A stretch of 64,000 bases of DNA from Octopus sinensis (taxonomy: Eukaryota): positions 116,622,001 through 116,686,000 of the forward strand of contig NC_043002.1 in assembly GCF_006345805.1 (NCBI RefSeq). The letters are read 5' to 3'. The translations under genes and the position numbers were made by a program. The notes under the pieces are model-generated. The model worked only from the letters and a program-made list of their open reading frames with translations, searched no databases and had not been told where the DNA came from. This document shows positions 42,525 to 56,471 of the stretch, in pieces; positions within the stretch are counted from its first letter, which is position 1; every line of letters begins with the position of its first letter.

Positions 42525-42568
<44 letters not shown>

Positions 42569-42755
42569 AAAAATGGTAAGACAACAAAAGAATGAAAGAG
42601 ACCTCGATATTATGTAAATTGAGGAATTTATCTGTAAATGTGATATGTAACAATTATTCGGTAGCCATGATAAAACTCCGAGTTTCGGATGCCGAGGTGG
42701 AAATCCATGCTGCCATCTCTCCGCTATCTGGCCATCGGAAAAATACTATACATAT

Positions 42756-42809
<54 letters not shown>

Positions 42810-42879
42810 TATATATATATATATATTATATATATATGTGTGTGTGGTGTGTGTGTGTTGTGTGGTGTGTGTGTGTATT

Positions 42880-43117
42880 CTTTTACTTGTTTCAGTCATT
42901 TTGACTGCAACCATGCTGGGATAACGCCTTAAAGAGGTTCAATCGAAGTAATCGACCCCAGAACTTATTCCTTGTAAGCCTAGTACTTATGCCATCAGGC
43001 CCATTTACCGAACCGGTAAGTTCGGGGACTAAAGACATCAACAACGGTCATCAAGCGATGGTGGGGGACAAACACAGACATAAAGACACACACATAAATG
43101 TGTACTTATATATATAT

Positions 43118-43158
<41 letters not shown>

Positions 43159-43272
43159 TGTGTGAGTGTGTGTGCGTGAGTGTGTATATGCGATGGGCTT
43201 ATACGTCGGACTTCTGAAGCCTGAAGCATGTGGTTGGGAAGAAAGCTTCCTACCACACAGCCACACCTGCGC
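42880..43272 (-). mobile_element. SINE family B with internal deletion
   Basis: Reverse-complement head GGCGCAGGTGTGGCTGTGTGGTAGGAAGC and tail. Confidence 0.8.
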
Positions 43273-43774
43273 CTTAGCCCTTTGTGGGCAGTAAAGAAAT
43301 ATCTATATATATTCTCATTATTCATCCCATAACCATACTTTTATTTACTCCCGATATAAGCAAGAAAAAAAAATGACGAGTCAAAGAATGTCTTGAAGAC
43401 GCAAGTCTGATGAAGTGCCACTCTAATGTCTAAAAGCGCAATTATTAGGTAAATTTTCGCTTCGAATATTTGAGAAGACTTGCGTTGCAAACAGAATTGG
43501 TACAGAAACAATTGTAACGAATCATTAAAAATGTGTTAAAGGACTGCTTTCAAACTAACGCACAGCGAAAGAGGGAGTGGGGGAGGGACAAAGATAGAGA
43601 GAGAAAGCGTGAATGAGTGAGAGAGAGAAAGATAGAGAGATAGGGACAGAGACAAATAGAGAAAGCGTGAGAGAGAGAGAGAGGGAGAGTAGGAGAGAAA
43701 AGAAAAAAGTCGCAGACATCTCACACAATTTGGTATTTTGATAATTCCCTCCCTTCCTCTTCAGACGCAATATA

Positions 43775-43919
<145 letters not shown>

Positions 43920-44394
43920 GACATATATATATATACATACATATATTTATATGTAATTGAAATAGTTTGAACCGAGACTTGCAATCAGTCACATCATTCT
44001 TCGTCAAGCCCTACGTACGTTTCCGCTGCAAGCCGTTGCATGCTGTTAAGTGTGCATCTTGGTGTTAATTCATGGTGTAACTACATCAGGGTCTACTTTA
44101 ACTGTTGGTCATTATTTTTCCTACAGATAATATAATGTACTTATAAGGGCATTTGGGTTTACCACGTGGCCATTAAACCTAGTAAAGTAAGTTTTCACTA
44201 ACTAGAGTTTACCTACATTCACTAGCCAGCATTGATAACCGATAAGAGCGAATACAGTATCCTCTATGATTATATATACCTCTTAACTATTCTGGAAATT
44301 AAATTTTGGGTGTATATATATATATATATATAAGCGCAAGATACATTACATACATACATACATACACACACACATATATATATATATAGTTAAT

Positions 44395-44595
44395 CCAAAC
44401 ATGAAAATACAAAGAGAAAACACAACAACGCGAGGACGTGGAACAAGTATAGTGTTATAGGACGCTCAGGAAAGGAGGAAAGAAGAAGGGTTTAACGTTC
44501 CGAGTGGAGCTCTTCGTCAGAAACATAGGAAAAAGAAAGATCCAAAGAAGGGAAGACGGAGGAAAAAAATCACCAACGGTACACACGCGGTCACA
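44395..44595 (-). mobile_element. Short non-coding element carrying a minimal hammerhead motif with one core substitution
   Basis: Minus 44524-44490: GTTT-CTGACGA-A-GAG CTCCA CTC-GGAACGTT-AAAC; related degenerate copy at ~10105-10230. Confidence 0.6.
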
Positions 44596-44600
44596 CTTTC

Positions 44601-44635
<35 letters not shown>

Positions 44636-44637
<2 letters not shown>

Positions 44638-44791
44638 AGCTCAAGAGTGGCTATGTGGTAAGTAGTAGCTTGCTTACCAAATACGTGGTTCCGTGTCAGA
44701 CCCATCTTGGGCAAGTGTCTTCTGCTATAGCCTCGGGACGACCAAACCCTTGTGTGTGGATTTGGTAGACGGAAACTGAAAGGATCCCGGC

Positions 44792-44792
<1 letters not shown>
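44636..44792 (+). mobile_element. SINE family B head/body
   Basis: GAGTGGCTATGTGGTAAGTAG...GGATTTGGTAGACGGAAACTGAAAG. Confidence 0.85.
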
Positions 44793-44828
<36 letters not shown>

Positions 44829-45205
44829 ACACACGCAAATATTAAAAATGATACACTCAAGAGATTCCCTAGAATTCATTAAAAAGCAGTCCCAATCACT
44901 GCTATAATGCACAATACACTTTAAGTTCACTTGACCACTTAACACCCTACTACTATCATACCACCTACATTCATTTCTTATTCTCCCTTCTCCTTACTCC
45001 TTCTCCTTCTTCTTCTTCGTCTTCTTCCTCTCCACCACCTCCTTCCTAACTTTACCACTCTTGCTGTTTAGAATAACACCTACGCAAATTTTATAAGCAA
45101 TGCATTCAAAAGAGATGTCTCAAGAATTCAATCACTACTACCATCCACAAGTCACTTTCAGGGCCCTTGACCATTTAACATTCTACTACTATCATGGTAC
45201 TCCCG

Positions 45206-45273
45206 CATTCTTCTTCTTCTTCTTCTTCTTCTTCTTCTTCTTCTTCTTCTTCTTCTTCTTCTTCTTCTTCTTC
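45206..45273. repeat. (TTC)n
   Basis: Directly visible. Confidence 0.95.
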
Positions 45274-45543
45274 CTCCCTGCCAAGAATTCACAACGACCT
45301 CGAATCCACAAGAGTAAACAAGAGAGACAGAGACAGGCAAAAACAAAGAAAATGCCCTTTGTATTTGAATACTATGCAAATATTCTTTTAAAAAACTTTT
45401 CTTTTATTTTTTCCAAAATTTAATTGTTTTCCATACTTACAGTTGAAAAAGTCTCAATGACTGAAACCGGTACTGAAATGTTTTTTTATAAAATAGCATT
45501 TTCTACCTTGACTTTTTTCATAAATATATATATATATATTTAT

Positions 45544-45698
45544 GGAGGCACATGGCCTAGTGGTTAGAGCAGCAGACTCGCGGTCAAGGGATCATGGGTT
45601 CGAATCTCAGACCGGGCAATGTATGTGTTTATGAGCGAAATACCTAAGCTCCACACAGCTCCAGCAGAAAGTAATGGTGAACTTCTGCTGACTCTTTC
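45544..45698 (+). mobile_element. tRNA-derived SINE family C
   Basis: A-box TGGCCTAGTGG, B-box GGTTCGAATC, no pairing acceptor stem; downstream block resembles the V-SINE domain; hairpin CAGCAGAA/TTCTGCTG. Confidence 0.75.
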
Positions 45699-45739
45699 GT
45701 AGGCGCAGGAGTGGCTGTGTGGTAAGTAGCTCGCTAACC
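45699..45739 (+). mobile_element. SINE family B head truncated after ~40 nt
   Basis: GTAGGCGCAGGAGTGGCTGTGTGGTAAGTAGCTCGCTAACC. Confidence 0.8.
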
Positions 45740-46850
45740 TTCGACGTGTTCGGAGGTGTTTTTTGGCTGCTGCCGGATGTCACGTCTTTCGGCGTGAATT
45801 ATTGAACTTTGAGACTCGACTACAGGTAGGCGTTTGTTGAATTTTTTAGGGGCTTAGTGAAGTTTATTGCTTTGCATTTAATATTTTTTGGAGAGTAATA
45901 GACTCCACTTTGCTCCAGACATGTTCCTGCCTGTGGTCAAGCGTAAAGATTCACTTTGCAGTGAGAATTGTGTTTTTGAGGAGGCGTAGCTCCTCCTCAA
46001 AAATTAATTGCCTTTGTGTTGGATTTACCAAGAAGTACCTAGGATAACCAAGGACTGTTTTGGACGTTTGGCCAGGAGTACCTTTTCGGCAAAAAAATAT
46101 TAATTCCTTTGCTGAATTTGAACTCTCTTCTGCCAGCTATCGTTTATTTTAAAAAGAACTCTTTTGAACTATTATTTTTATTGTAATTCTTCTCTTCTGT
46201 TGTGTTTTCCCTTCTCGCTCTTTGCATCTTATTTATTTTCTTACACTTTTGAACTTTAATTGGATTCCGTTTCGAAATGGCAAAGGAATTTATTGTGTGG
46301 GACCTAACACCTCCCAAAAAACATTGAAAAGAGCTGGAAAGGAAGACCGCGGTGTTGAGGACTTATTCGAAGTCGCTTGACACCATAGCTGTCTTCCCGA
46401 AGGCCACAATTTTAAACGAGCTGGCGGACTACATGCCAGCCGTTAAATTTATCTCACGGTGAGTGAAATACGCAACGGTCTGGTTGCTATTTGAATCCCC
46501 AAAAGAATCTTGCGACTTTGCAAGCCAGCCCCTTGAGGGCAAAGAAATATTGCTTCTCCCAAACTATATGGGAGAAAAACTATTAAGGGCTTGGATCTGC
46601 GGCCTACCACCCGGAGTTGAGCCCGAGTGGATAGAGGACTCTATCCGCCGGGGTCTGGGTGGTAGCAGTGCCAAGCTGCTAAATGTAAAAATGTTGCCTG
46701 CGGCTGATTGGGAGGGGGTCGAAAGCTGTTTTGACCCTATGGACCCAATCAGCCGAAAGTCTGGTTTTTCCAGATTTCTTGAGGATGGCCGGGTCCAGGT
46801 ATCCGGTGATGCTTGAGGGACGCCCCCCCCCCCAAGTGTTGATTTTTTTT
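45740..46850 (+). mobile_element. Probable L1/Tx1-type LINE 5' UTR and ORF1 relic
   Basis: Frame from ATG ~46277 (MAKEF...) with two in-frame stops, continuing into ORF 46463-46816 (LLPNYMG...ICGLPPGVEPEWIE); resembles Tx1-type ORF1 RRM region; family assignment by recall only. Confidence 0.55.
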
Positions 46851-47545
46851 CCGAACCACGGATGGCCACCCCAATTAGCATGCTTGAAAGTAATAAATAT
46901 TAAATTTGCATAATTAATTAAATGAAAGACAGGTACTTGTATATTAGTATAAACGATACACATTTATTAATACTGTACTAAGCAAGGTAATAGTTTGTGC
47001 AAGAAAGAAGAGTAGTCTGGCAGTCCCACGAATTTTTTTGTACCTGCTCGTAAAATAGCGCGTTTATATGTGATTCCTGACTATTAGCGTCCAAAAAGAT
47101 TGTACTGTACTTCGATATGTAAATTTTTTGTATTACTTTTAAGTATCAATGTGTTGAGCAATTTTTTTTCGCTTATACACCTATTTGCACATGCAACCTA
47201 TATACGTATACATTATTACCATCTCTCTATATATAAACGGCAAAAGTCTGTGCGTGTGTCCTTTATACAAATCCACAATTTTTCAGTTAGAGGGCTCGCA
47301 CTTTCTGTGGTCATTCAAAACCGTCCAAGGGTGGTCGTGCACATCTTTACATTTCCCCAGTCATCCCTCAAAGCCATTAAAAATATCAACAGAAGTGACT
47401 TTTTTGTGAATTTTCCATCCAAAACCCAATCGAAATGCCCGGAACTTGATAGGCCAATTGAATGCCAGCTAGCTGTATGTGTTTGGTCGGAGATTTGGAC
47501 ATTACTCGCGTGCATGTGCGCACGTACGCAGCTGTATAAGCATGC

Positions 47546-47586
47546 ACTAGCACTATGACCTGGCGTTGCCCGGTCATAGTGCTAGT
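47546..47586. other. 41-bp palindrome with ACTAG...CTAGT ends (Helitron-like terminus)
   Basis: ACTAGCACTATGACC-TGGCGTTGCCC-GGTCATAGTGCTAGT; 15-bp perfect arms. Confidence 0.55.
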
Positions 47587-47840
47587 ATATAATATACGTG
47601 GAGTGTTCATAATGGCAAACGATTAAATAACAAAAAAGTACATAAATTAAAGAATACCAAATATAATTGCAAGAGCTTAATGTGTTCGTAGTCTCTTGGG
47701 ATCGTAAATTTCTTTATTAGTTTTCTATTCTCTGGTAACAATAAGAATTTACAGATACACTAATGCACAAATTTTACTACGTAATTCCTTTATTGTGTAT
47801 TAATCGGTTTCATACACACGCTTGCGCGCGCACACACATA

Positions 47841-48063
47841 CGTATGTATGTATGTATGTATGTATGTATGTATGTATGTATGTATGTATGTATGTATGTA
47901 TGTATGGATGGATGGATGGATGTATGTATGTATGTATGTATGTATGTATGTATGTATGGATGGATGGATGTATGTATGGATGTATGTATGTATGTATGTA
48001 TGGATGGATGGATGTATGTATGTATGGATGGATGGATGTATGTATGTATGGATGGATGGATGT
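47841..48063. repeat. (TATG)n/(TGGA)n compound array
   Basis: Directly visible. Confidence 0.95.
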
Positions 48064-48828
48064 ACTCGTTAGTGTTGAGTTGATGTTTACCTGGAAATAA
48101 TGTCATTATTTCTCATGGAATCTTTTCTTAAATTTGAAAACAAATCAATAATCAGAAACAGAAAAAAAGCAGAATGCAGAAATCATTCCAGACTGTATAT
48201 CGGGTAAAATATGGAGGATTCTAAAACAGAGATGATAAAATACTGATAATTGTGTTGGAGTGGTATTTAACTAAAAGTGTTGATGAGACATCCAGATATT
48301 CTGATATATATTGTTCAACTGTATTTATCCTTCAGATTCTTTTTAATTTCTGTAATTTTTTAGCAGTTACCTTCTTTTCCTGTCACATGGTTCTCTTCCC
48401 TCTCTCCTCTTTCTTCCCTCTACTCTCTTTGTTCCCTCTCACTTCTTTGTTCCCTCTTTCCCCCCTCTCTCTCTCTCATGCACACACAGACAGACACAAG
48501 CACAAACACACACACATACACACACAGAGGCATCCCACACACACAGATACCCACCAACACTCACAGGCACCACCTCCCGCACACAAACAAACACAAGCAC
48601 ACATAAACACTCCCTCACTCATCTAACTCAGACGACTGCAAAACAGAATATAGCGCAACGCCAAACAAAAGTTCCTTACTTAAAGAGTATATTATCAAAT
48701 TGTCATTATGTGATTTTAACCAGCTTAGAGTATAGAACATTGAAATTTGTTCACATTTAATAAATATTCGGGTAGTATGAATTAACACTATCAGACGACA
48801 GATGTTTATAATATTTCGTCCAGGTGAA

Positions 48829-49430
48829 GACGGCGAGCTGGCAGAAGCGTTAGCACGCCGGGCGAAATGCGTGGCCATATTTCATCTGCCGCTACGTTCT
48901 GAGTTCTAATTCCACCGAGGTTAACTTTGCCTTTTGTCCTTTCGGGGTCGATAATTTAAGTACCGGTTACGCACTGGGGTCGATATAATCGACTTAATCC
49001 GTGTGTCTGTCCTTGTTCTTCCCCACTGTGTTTAGCTATTGTGGGTAGTAAAGAAATAGGTATTTCGTCTGCCGCTACGTTCTGAGTTCAAATTCCGCCG
49101 AGGTCAACTTTGCCTTTCATCCTTTCGGGGTAGATTAAATAAGTACCAGTTACGCACTGGGGTCGACATAATCGTCTTAATCCGTTTGTCCGTCCTTGTT
49201 TGTTCCCTCTGTGTGGGCAGTAAAGAAATAAGAAACGTTGGCACGCCGGGCAAAATGTTTACTGGTATTTCGTCTGTCTTCAAGTTCCGAGCTCAAATTC
49301 CTCCGAGATCGACTTTGCCTTACATCCTTTTGGTGGTCGATAAATTAAGTACCATTTGCGTACTGATGTCGATCTTATCGACTGGCCCTCTCACATCAAA
49401 TTTCGGGCTTTTGTATAGAGTAGAAAAGAA
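48829..49430 (+). mobile_element. SINE family A, dimeric variant followed by a further partial copy
   Basis: Head at 48829; body unit repeated (~48870-49050, ~49055-49230); new unit 49232-49430. Confidence 0.85.
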
Positions 49431-49906
49431 TATTTCATGCATGTGTGTTTACGTATTTTTCACTCGTTGATGATATCCTGTACTTACTGTATATTTTTTT
49501 GTATTTGTCCTGTACTTATCTCTCGCGTGTTTACGTTTTTTTCGCTCGCTGGTGATGCCCTGTACTTAATGTGCATTTTAAAGTAATTATGTATGTGTAT
49601 AAGTACAACTGCTTTTAAATAAACACCTTTACGATCCTTATGCATGAAGGAATGTGTTTGCCAACTTTCAACCTCCAGGAGTAGGTCTTCCGTTTGTCTG
49701 GCTCTCTTATGCTCTTTCTTCATTAATATCTTGACACAAAAGAAAAAGGCACTCAACAGATTTAGTAAGATTTACATATATTAATATTTAAAATATCTTT
49801 GAATCGGTACCAAACGACTTAAGGTTTAGAACGCTTCTAATAGAAAACTGGTTCGTTCAGTCTCAGATTACAGAAGCGGTAATCTGAACCTGTACGAGCC
49901 ATATAT

Positions 49907-49987
<81 letters not shown>

Positions 49988-50389
49988 ATATACATACATG
50001 AATGTGTATGTCTTTATATAAATATATGCGTGTTATTCAATAAAACCGGGGACTCTACTGATTAATCTGACCTTCTTACTGTACGATGGTAGGTTGTGAT
50101 TTAGGGGCCCTTAGCTGCAATTTCCAACAGTACAAGAGTTGGCTATTATACTGGTCGAAACATTGTGAAATAGATCAACTAACTGCATACAAAATATATC
50201 ATATATCCGAAGCACAAAGAAATATATAAACAGCGAAAATCTTTATAATTGAGAAAGACAATTGGTATTCTCTTGTGGCATGAATCAATTCGGATAATAT
50301 AAAGAAAAGTTTTCTAGCTGACACGAAAAACATAAATTTGCTACACTTTACTCCCCAGGTTGTCATTAATGTAAGCGCTGTTGAAATAA

Positions 50390-50458
50390 CGTATATATAT
50401 ATGTATATGCATATATATATATGTATATTTTTATATATATGTATATATATGTATATAC

Positions 50459-50500
<42 letters not shown>

Positions 50501-50512
50501 TATATATGCATA

Positions 50513-50563
<51 letters not shown>

Positions 50564-50990
50564 TATATGCATATATATATATATATATGTATATTTTATA
50601 TATATATGTATATGTATATTTATGTATATATTTGTATATATGTATATATATGCATATATATATATGCATATATATGTATAGATATGTTTATATATGTATA
50701 TATATATACATACACACACACACACACATATATATACGTACATATATATATATATACATATATATAAACATATATATATACATACACATACATATGTACA
50801 TATATATGTACTCACACACACACATATATATGTATATTAGCTCCATGAAACTAGAAACCTGGAGGAGATAGGTTCTGTTTCAATTCACCCCAGTCGAGTT
50901 CTTTATCGCACGTAGCTTGATTTAATAATTGCGGTACTTCGACTCAAGTCCCAAGAACTAATCTACAATGCGTTGCCTTTTAGGCTGCAT

Positions 50991-51022
<32 letters not shown>

Positions 51023-51173
51023 AATATATATATATATATACTACAAAATTAGAAAATGGAGAAACATACTTAAATCAATATACATACATATATATATATA
51101 TATATAGCTATCTCCGTCAACCATGCAGCATTCACACACACAGAGGCACAGATACAGATATAGATGCATACAT

Positions 51174-51227
<54 letters not shown>

Positions 51228-51294
51228 GTGTGTGTATTTATATGTGTATATATTCATATATATATATACACATATATATACATATATATACATG

Positions 51295-51326
<32 letters not shown>

Positions 51327-51653
51327 ATATATATATGTATATATACATATATAATATATATATATATATGCTAGTATGTATGCATAAATATACATATATA
51401 TGTGTGTGTATGAGTATGTGTACGCATGTAAGAATACACATGATTGTAGCGGTGGAACAAATGATAGAATTTGGATATGATGCTTCTCTGTATTTTCTTT
51501 GCAGCTGATTCGACCCTGACCATATAAAATGTTTTCCACACACACGCGCACCCAGACGCAAGCACAAACACAGAGACACAGACAGGCACGCACACACAAA
51601 CATATACAAGTATATATATATATATACAACATATGTACACGTACATATATATG

Positions 51654-51687
<34 letters not shown>

Positions 51688-51853
51688 CATAAATATATAT
51701 ATATACATACATCCGTAAATACGTATAAATGCATGTATGTATCAATAGATGCATAAATGTATATGTATGTTTATAATACGCACAAACACACACATACATA
51801 CATATTTATGTACACTTTAACATGTATGTACATAGCAATACATACATACATAC

Positions 51854-51890
<37 letters not shown>

Positions 51891-51911
51891 ATATATATAT
51901 ATATATATTAT

Positions 51912-51954
<43 letters not shown>

Positions 51955-52050
51955 ATATATATATATCAATGTACCCTCATATATATATGCATACACATAT
52001 ATACTACAATGTAAAATACATACATAAACACCCACCCACACACACACACA
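50390..52050. repeat. Dense (TA)n/(CA)n microsatellite field
   Basis: Directly visible, with short unique spacers. Confidence 0.85.
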
Positions 52051-53037
52051 TGACTGCTCCGCTCTTCTGAATGCTAGAGTACTTTTTGAAGAGAGAGTAA
52101 ATCAAGAAATCAATAGTGATCAACCAAAACAACGCAATAATATTTATAGACATCCTATTTCTTCTAACTGAAATATGCATACATTATGTAACAAATTCTC
52201 TGAATGGCTACATTTCCTGAAATAAATATTAATTCAGCTTAAGTACCACCTCCATGTAAGGATATTGTATCCCCTTAGTTGTGTCTGTTTGGTCTTATTC
52301 AAACTACTACTGCTGCATTGGCGGAAGAACTCATTTTCTATTTTATGAAGTAATCTATGTTAGTGGAATCGACTTAAACGATTTTCAATTAAGAAATTTC
52401 AATAGAAGTTCACGCTAGTAGGAATAGGAAACTAATAGAACTGTTGTGAATTGATAAATTTGGAATCTACTGAGAAGTAGTGATATCACAAAGCATTTAG
52501 ATAAAAATAAGCAGCTGTTGGGTTTGCGTAAAAACTTAATCAATATATATTCAGAAATGTAGATAGAAAGAGAAAGAGAAAGAGCGAAAAAGAAAAGGGG
52601 AAAAAAGCAGTAGGAGATAGAGAGATTATAAATAATTTATTAGCGTAATACGTTCCTGTTTTGTATATAATCAGGTGCAGTTAAAATAGACAGTTAAAAG
52701 TAACGAAATAGAATGAAGAGCTTGTCGATCGGTAAAAACGCCTTTAATGTCTTTCTTTCAATGTCTGATTTTGGACAAATATGAGAAGAGTATTAGAATG
52801 GCGTAGGAAATAAAAAGACGAAAGATATTCAAAGGAAAATGTATTAAAGAAAGAAGTAATGCCTATAAAAACGTTTAAAAAGGGAAGAAGAATATTATTC
52901 TTTCAGAACTACCCAATAAACATTACAACAATCACATATGCAGATATATAGTATATATGTGATGTCTTCTCATATACATACATACATATACATATATATG
53001 TGTATATATACACACACAGACATACATACATACACAC

Positions 53038-53073
<36 letters not shown>

Positions 53074-53156
53074 AAATAGGATAAAATCTTTATAAGAATT
53101 GATCAAGTAGTTAAGAGCCCCTCCTAGCGTGAGGCATTTATGTATTAGTAATACCC

Positions 53157-53236
<80 letters not shown>

Positions 53237-53554
53237 AGGAATATATATATATATATGTACGTATTATCAAAGTAGATATATATATATATATATAAAATAT
53301 ATATACATATGAGTATATAATACATATCTATCTATTTATCTGTGTATACACACACACTCACTCTCTCACACAGACACACACATACACGCACGCACAAACG
53401 CATATCTATATGTGTATGTATGTATGTATGTATGTATATATATATATAATATATATATATATATATGTACACATGTCCACCCATACATTTGGATTGACAT
53501 TGGAGAAACAGAAAGATGTACACGCACACAGACACAGACACACACACACCCACA

Positions 53555-53830
53555 TGCAACTTGCACAGGTCATTCTGTGAGGTTTAGAAGTTCACGAGTT
53601 GAATGTCACTGCCTGGCACTTTGGGAAAGTGTCTTTAACTACACTTCACTTATGAGTGAATTTGCTAGTCGGAAATATTGTCAAATACTGTCATATGTGT
53701 GTGTCTGGGGGTTGGTGGCATTGAACAACAAGTGTTGATTTGCTTACACCTCCTTAAGCTAGCTATTCGGCAAAAAGAACCCGACAGAATACGTGCCAAA
53801 CCTAAGATGAATACTTGAGTCAGTAGTTAG
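53555..53830 (+). mobile_element. SINE family B, old diverged copy
   Basis: CACTTTGGGAAAGTGTCTT, GAGTGAATTTGCTAGTCGGAAA, TTCGGCAAAAAGAACCCGACAGAATA. Confidence 0.55.
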
Positions 53831-53999
53831 GATACAAAAAAGGGATGTCCTCACAAAATGTAGTATTTGGAGGGGTAAAATCTTGCGCAAGGCTGAAGTT
53901 ACTGAATATTTTTATTCTAATATATTATACAACACTGAAATTCAAACAGCCTTTGAGTTAACTTGTGCAGATTATGTAAAAGATTTTGATAATATTATG

Positions 54000-54780
54000 A
54001 GGTAGCACTAAAAGTAATACGTTTCTGTTGTTTGCTTGAGAAAAATGTTAAATAGGTGCAAGACAGCGAAGAAATACCTACCAAGTAAGCATACACGGTC
54101 AAATCTCAAATTTGTTAGGAGCGGAGTGTTGTAAGAAGGTCTTATGCCGCCCCTCTTCTTCAATAAACGATGACACGAAAGAAACTTTCGGAGATGAAAC
54201 TAAAGGAATTGAATAGGTTTACAGAAAGTATGTGACGGATTTGGATTATACTGATGACATTATTTTGCTTACTAGGGAAACATCAAAGATACAAAGATGA
54301 TGATACAAAGTTGATGAAAAAGTCAGATGTGGATTTAAAGATTAATATAAAAAAAACGAAAGTTGTTAGGACTGAGCAAGTAGACAGAGGAATGGAGTTG
54401 TCATAATATAATAGAAGAGTCAAATAAGTTTAAATGTGTTAGAAGTTTTATAGAACGTCATAGTTCTTTAGAAACACAATATAATGTAAGTTTTAAGTAA
54501 TCATTATCAATGAAAATGCTTTCAAATACATACAAATCACTTAGGTCGGTGTTTTACACGAAAGTTAAGCTGTTTGCGTCATTTATAGGCACTTTAATAT
54601 ATAGAAGAGAATCATGGCTTAAGCAGTCTAAAATTAGCTAAATGTTTTGGAGTCTTTGAAAAGATATCGTTACGAAGCATTTTTGGATCAAGTGGTATGA
54701 ATTAGTAGGAAATGAATTGGTTCGACAATAACCAGAATGCCATTTTTAATAAGGAAATAATTGTTTGTAATAGAAGCACA
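54000..54780 (+). mobile_element. RTE-type LINE reverse transcriptase relic
   Basis: VRSGV, DLDYTDDIILL (54238-54270), LKINIKKTKV, KFK..GS, LIY..ESW; many stops. Confidence 0.7.
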
Positions 54781-56471
54781 AGACCGAAATTTGGTCAATT
54801 ATATCTATCCTAGAGTTAGATGGTAGTTTATTTTATCAAACTGGGAAGGTTTAGAAACAAAGTTGATAACAGCAGGAGTTGAACTCAGAACTTAGGGATG
54901 CAAGAAATGATGAAGAATGAATTAGGAAGGCAGAGTTACGGGCTTCAGACCAAAAGCAATAACACCTTGGTCTACTTGGCTTTGAACAATGTAGAGAGAA
55001 AGAAGAGGTCACAAACAAGTGGAGGTTGTTACAGAGGCATAGAGTAAGCAAGTTTAGTAAGAAAGTGTGAAGGCCCTTTGCATTAATTGGTGTTGGAGGC
55101 AGTAAGTCTAACAGTAACATGCTAAATTATTCAGTGACTCTATTCGCATGAAAAACACTAGGTAATTTAATATTAACATATTTAATGCATGATGCATAGA
55201 TAATTAGCTCCAAATAATCATACATAACTCACATTATTTTTCATTTGCATTAACTCGATAGCTCACACTCACAGTTCAAAACCTTTCTCAAAATAAGTAT
55301 TTCAATTACATTTTTTTATAGATTCACAGTATTAACACAATCGATTTTTAAAGTTAGTTATGCAGCAAAAAAGTCCGTCTCTGTAGGCCTTCACTACAAT
55401 GGCATCAATACATACAGCAAACTACAGACATTTGTTGTTGTAGACTGTATACAAAACTATTATTTCCTTTGAATGTGAAAGAGAAATTGAAGTTATTGAA
55501 CTGCACATCTCTAATCGCAGTCGCTTACAATCCGACTATCCAAGCGATTATCTCTCTAATCTGATGAGCGCATTCTTGTGTCATAAATAGTAAGCAGATG
55601 AGATGATTATTTAATCAAAATTGAAGTATCAAATCTCCCCAACCCAGTTTTCTGATATTAGACTTATTTTAAACAGATGGAATTATTTCTATAATTTAAA
55701 CATGAGGTTGTAAATATACTTGTTTATTTTCACTGTTTATTATGCAGCTGGGGAGGAGAAATGTTGTGGTGTTGGAGCTAATCCAAATACGATAGATGGT
55801 TTCGAATCCATATTGTAAATATTTCACTTTGTATCGATTGACAAAATATTTGACGTCACACTAACTTATTTCTTCCCATTTTGTATTTAAGGCCTTGTGT
55901 TTCCGCAAAAATAAACCAATAACATAATACAATAAAAAAAAGTAATTATAAAATTATGTTACCTGCAGTTGAAAATGGAAGAAAATACAGAGCGTGGCTA
56001 AATAATTTACAATATTGTAGAGACTGCAGAACATGAAGTTAACTAATAGCTAGTCGGAACAGTCTTCCCGCTTCGATTCTTGGTTGACACGGATATTAAC
56101 ATATATTGCAAACAAAGCCATTTACCTATTTTCCTTAAATATAAGAATTGTGTAATGAAATATTGATTTTTAAAAATCAATATTACATTACTTTCAATTA
56201 TATGACCTTTGTGCCTCATAAAATGTTGTCTATAGCTGCATTTTAGTTCTAGACGGTTCTTATCAATTTCAGAATGTATGTGTCTAGGACCATATTATCT
56301 AGTGTCTACTCTATTTTTTAACGATGGTGCGGTGTAAGCTGAGGATCATTTAACATTTTGAGCGACCACGTACAAGCTCTCTCGGATCTTAAAAGTAACC
56401 CGTATTCTGTTGTAATGACGTGAACAAAAAATCAGAAGCTCTTTACGTAAATTTCTGAAGCAACACTTCTA

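Noticed and set aside
43405-43432. CTGATGA with AGTG/CACT mini-stem as a hammerhead
   Set aside because: GAAA and helix I absent; expected by chance in 64 kb
45544-45616. Possible tRNA gene
   Set aside because: A/B boxes present, but the acceptor stem does not pair and SINE-type body follows
48829-49430. Tandem repeats as a CRISPR array
   Set aside because: Eukaryotic SINE dimer; no unique spacers or cas genes
55745-55820. WEEKCCGV frame as a tetraspanin exon
   Set aside because: Only a CCG word, stop shortly after, no supporting exons
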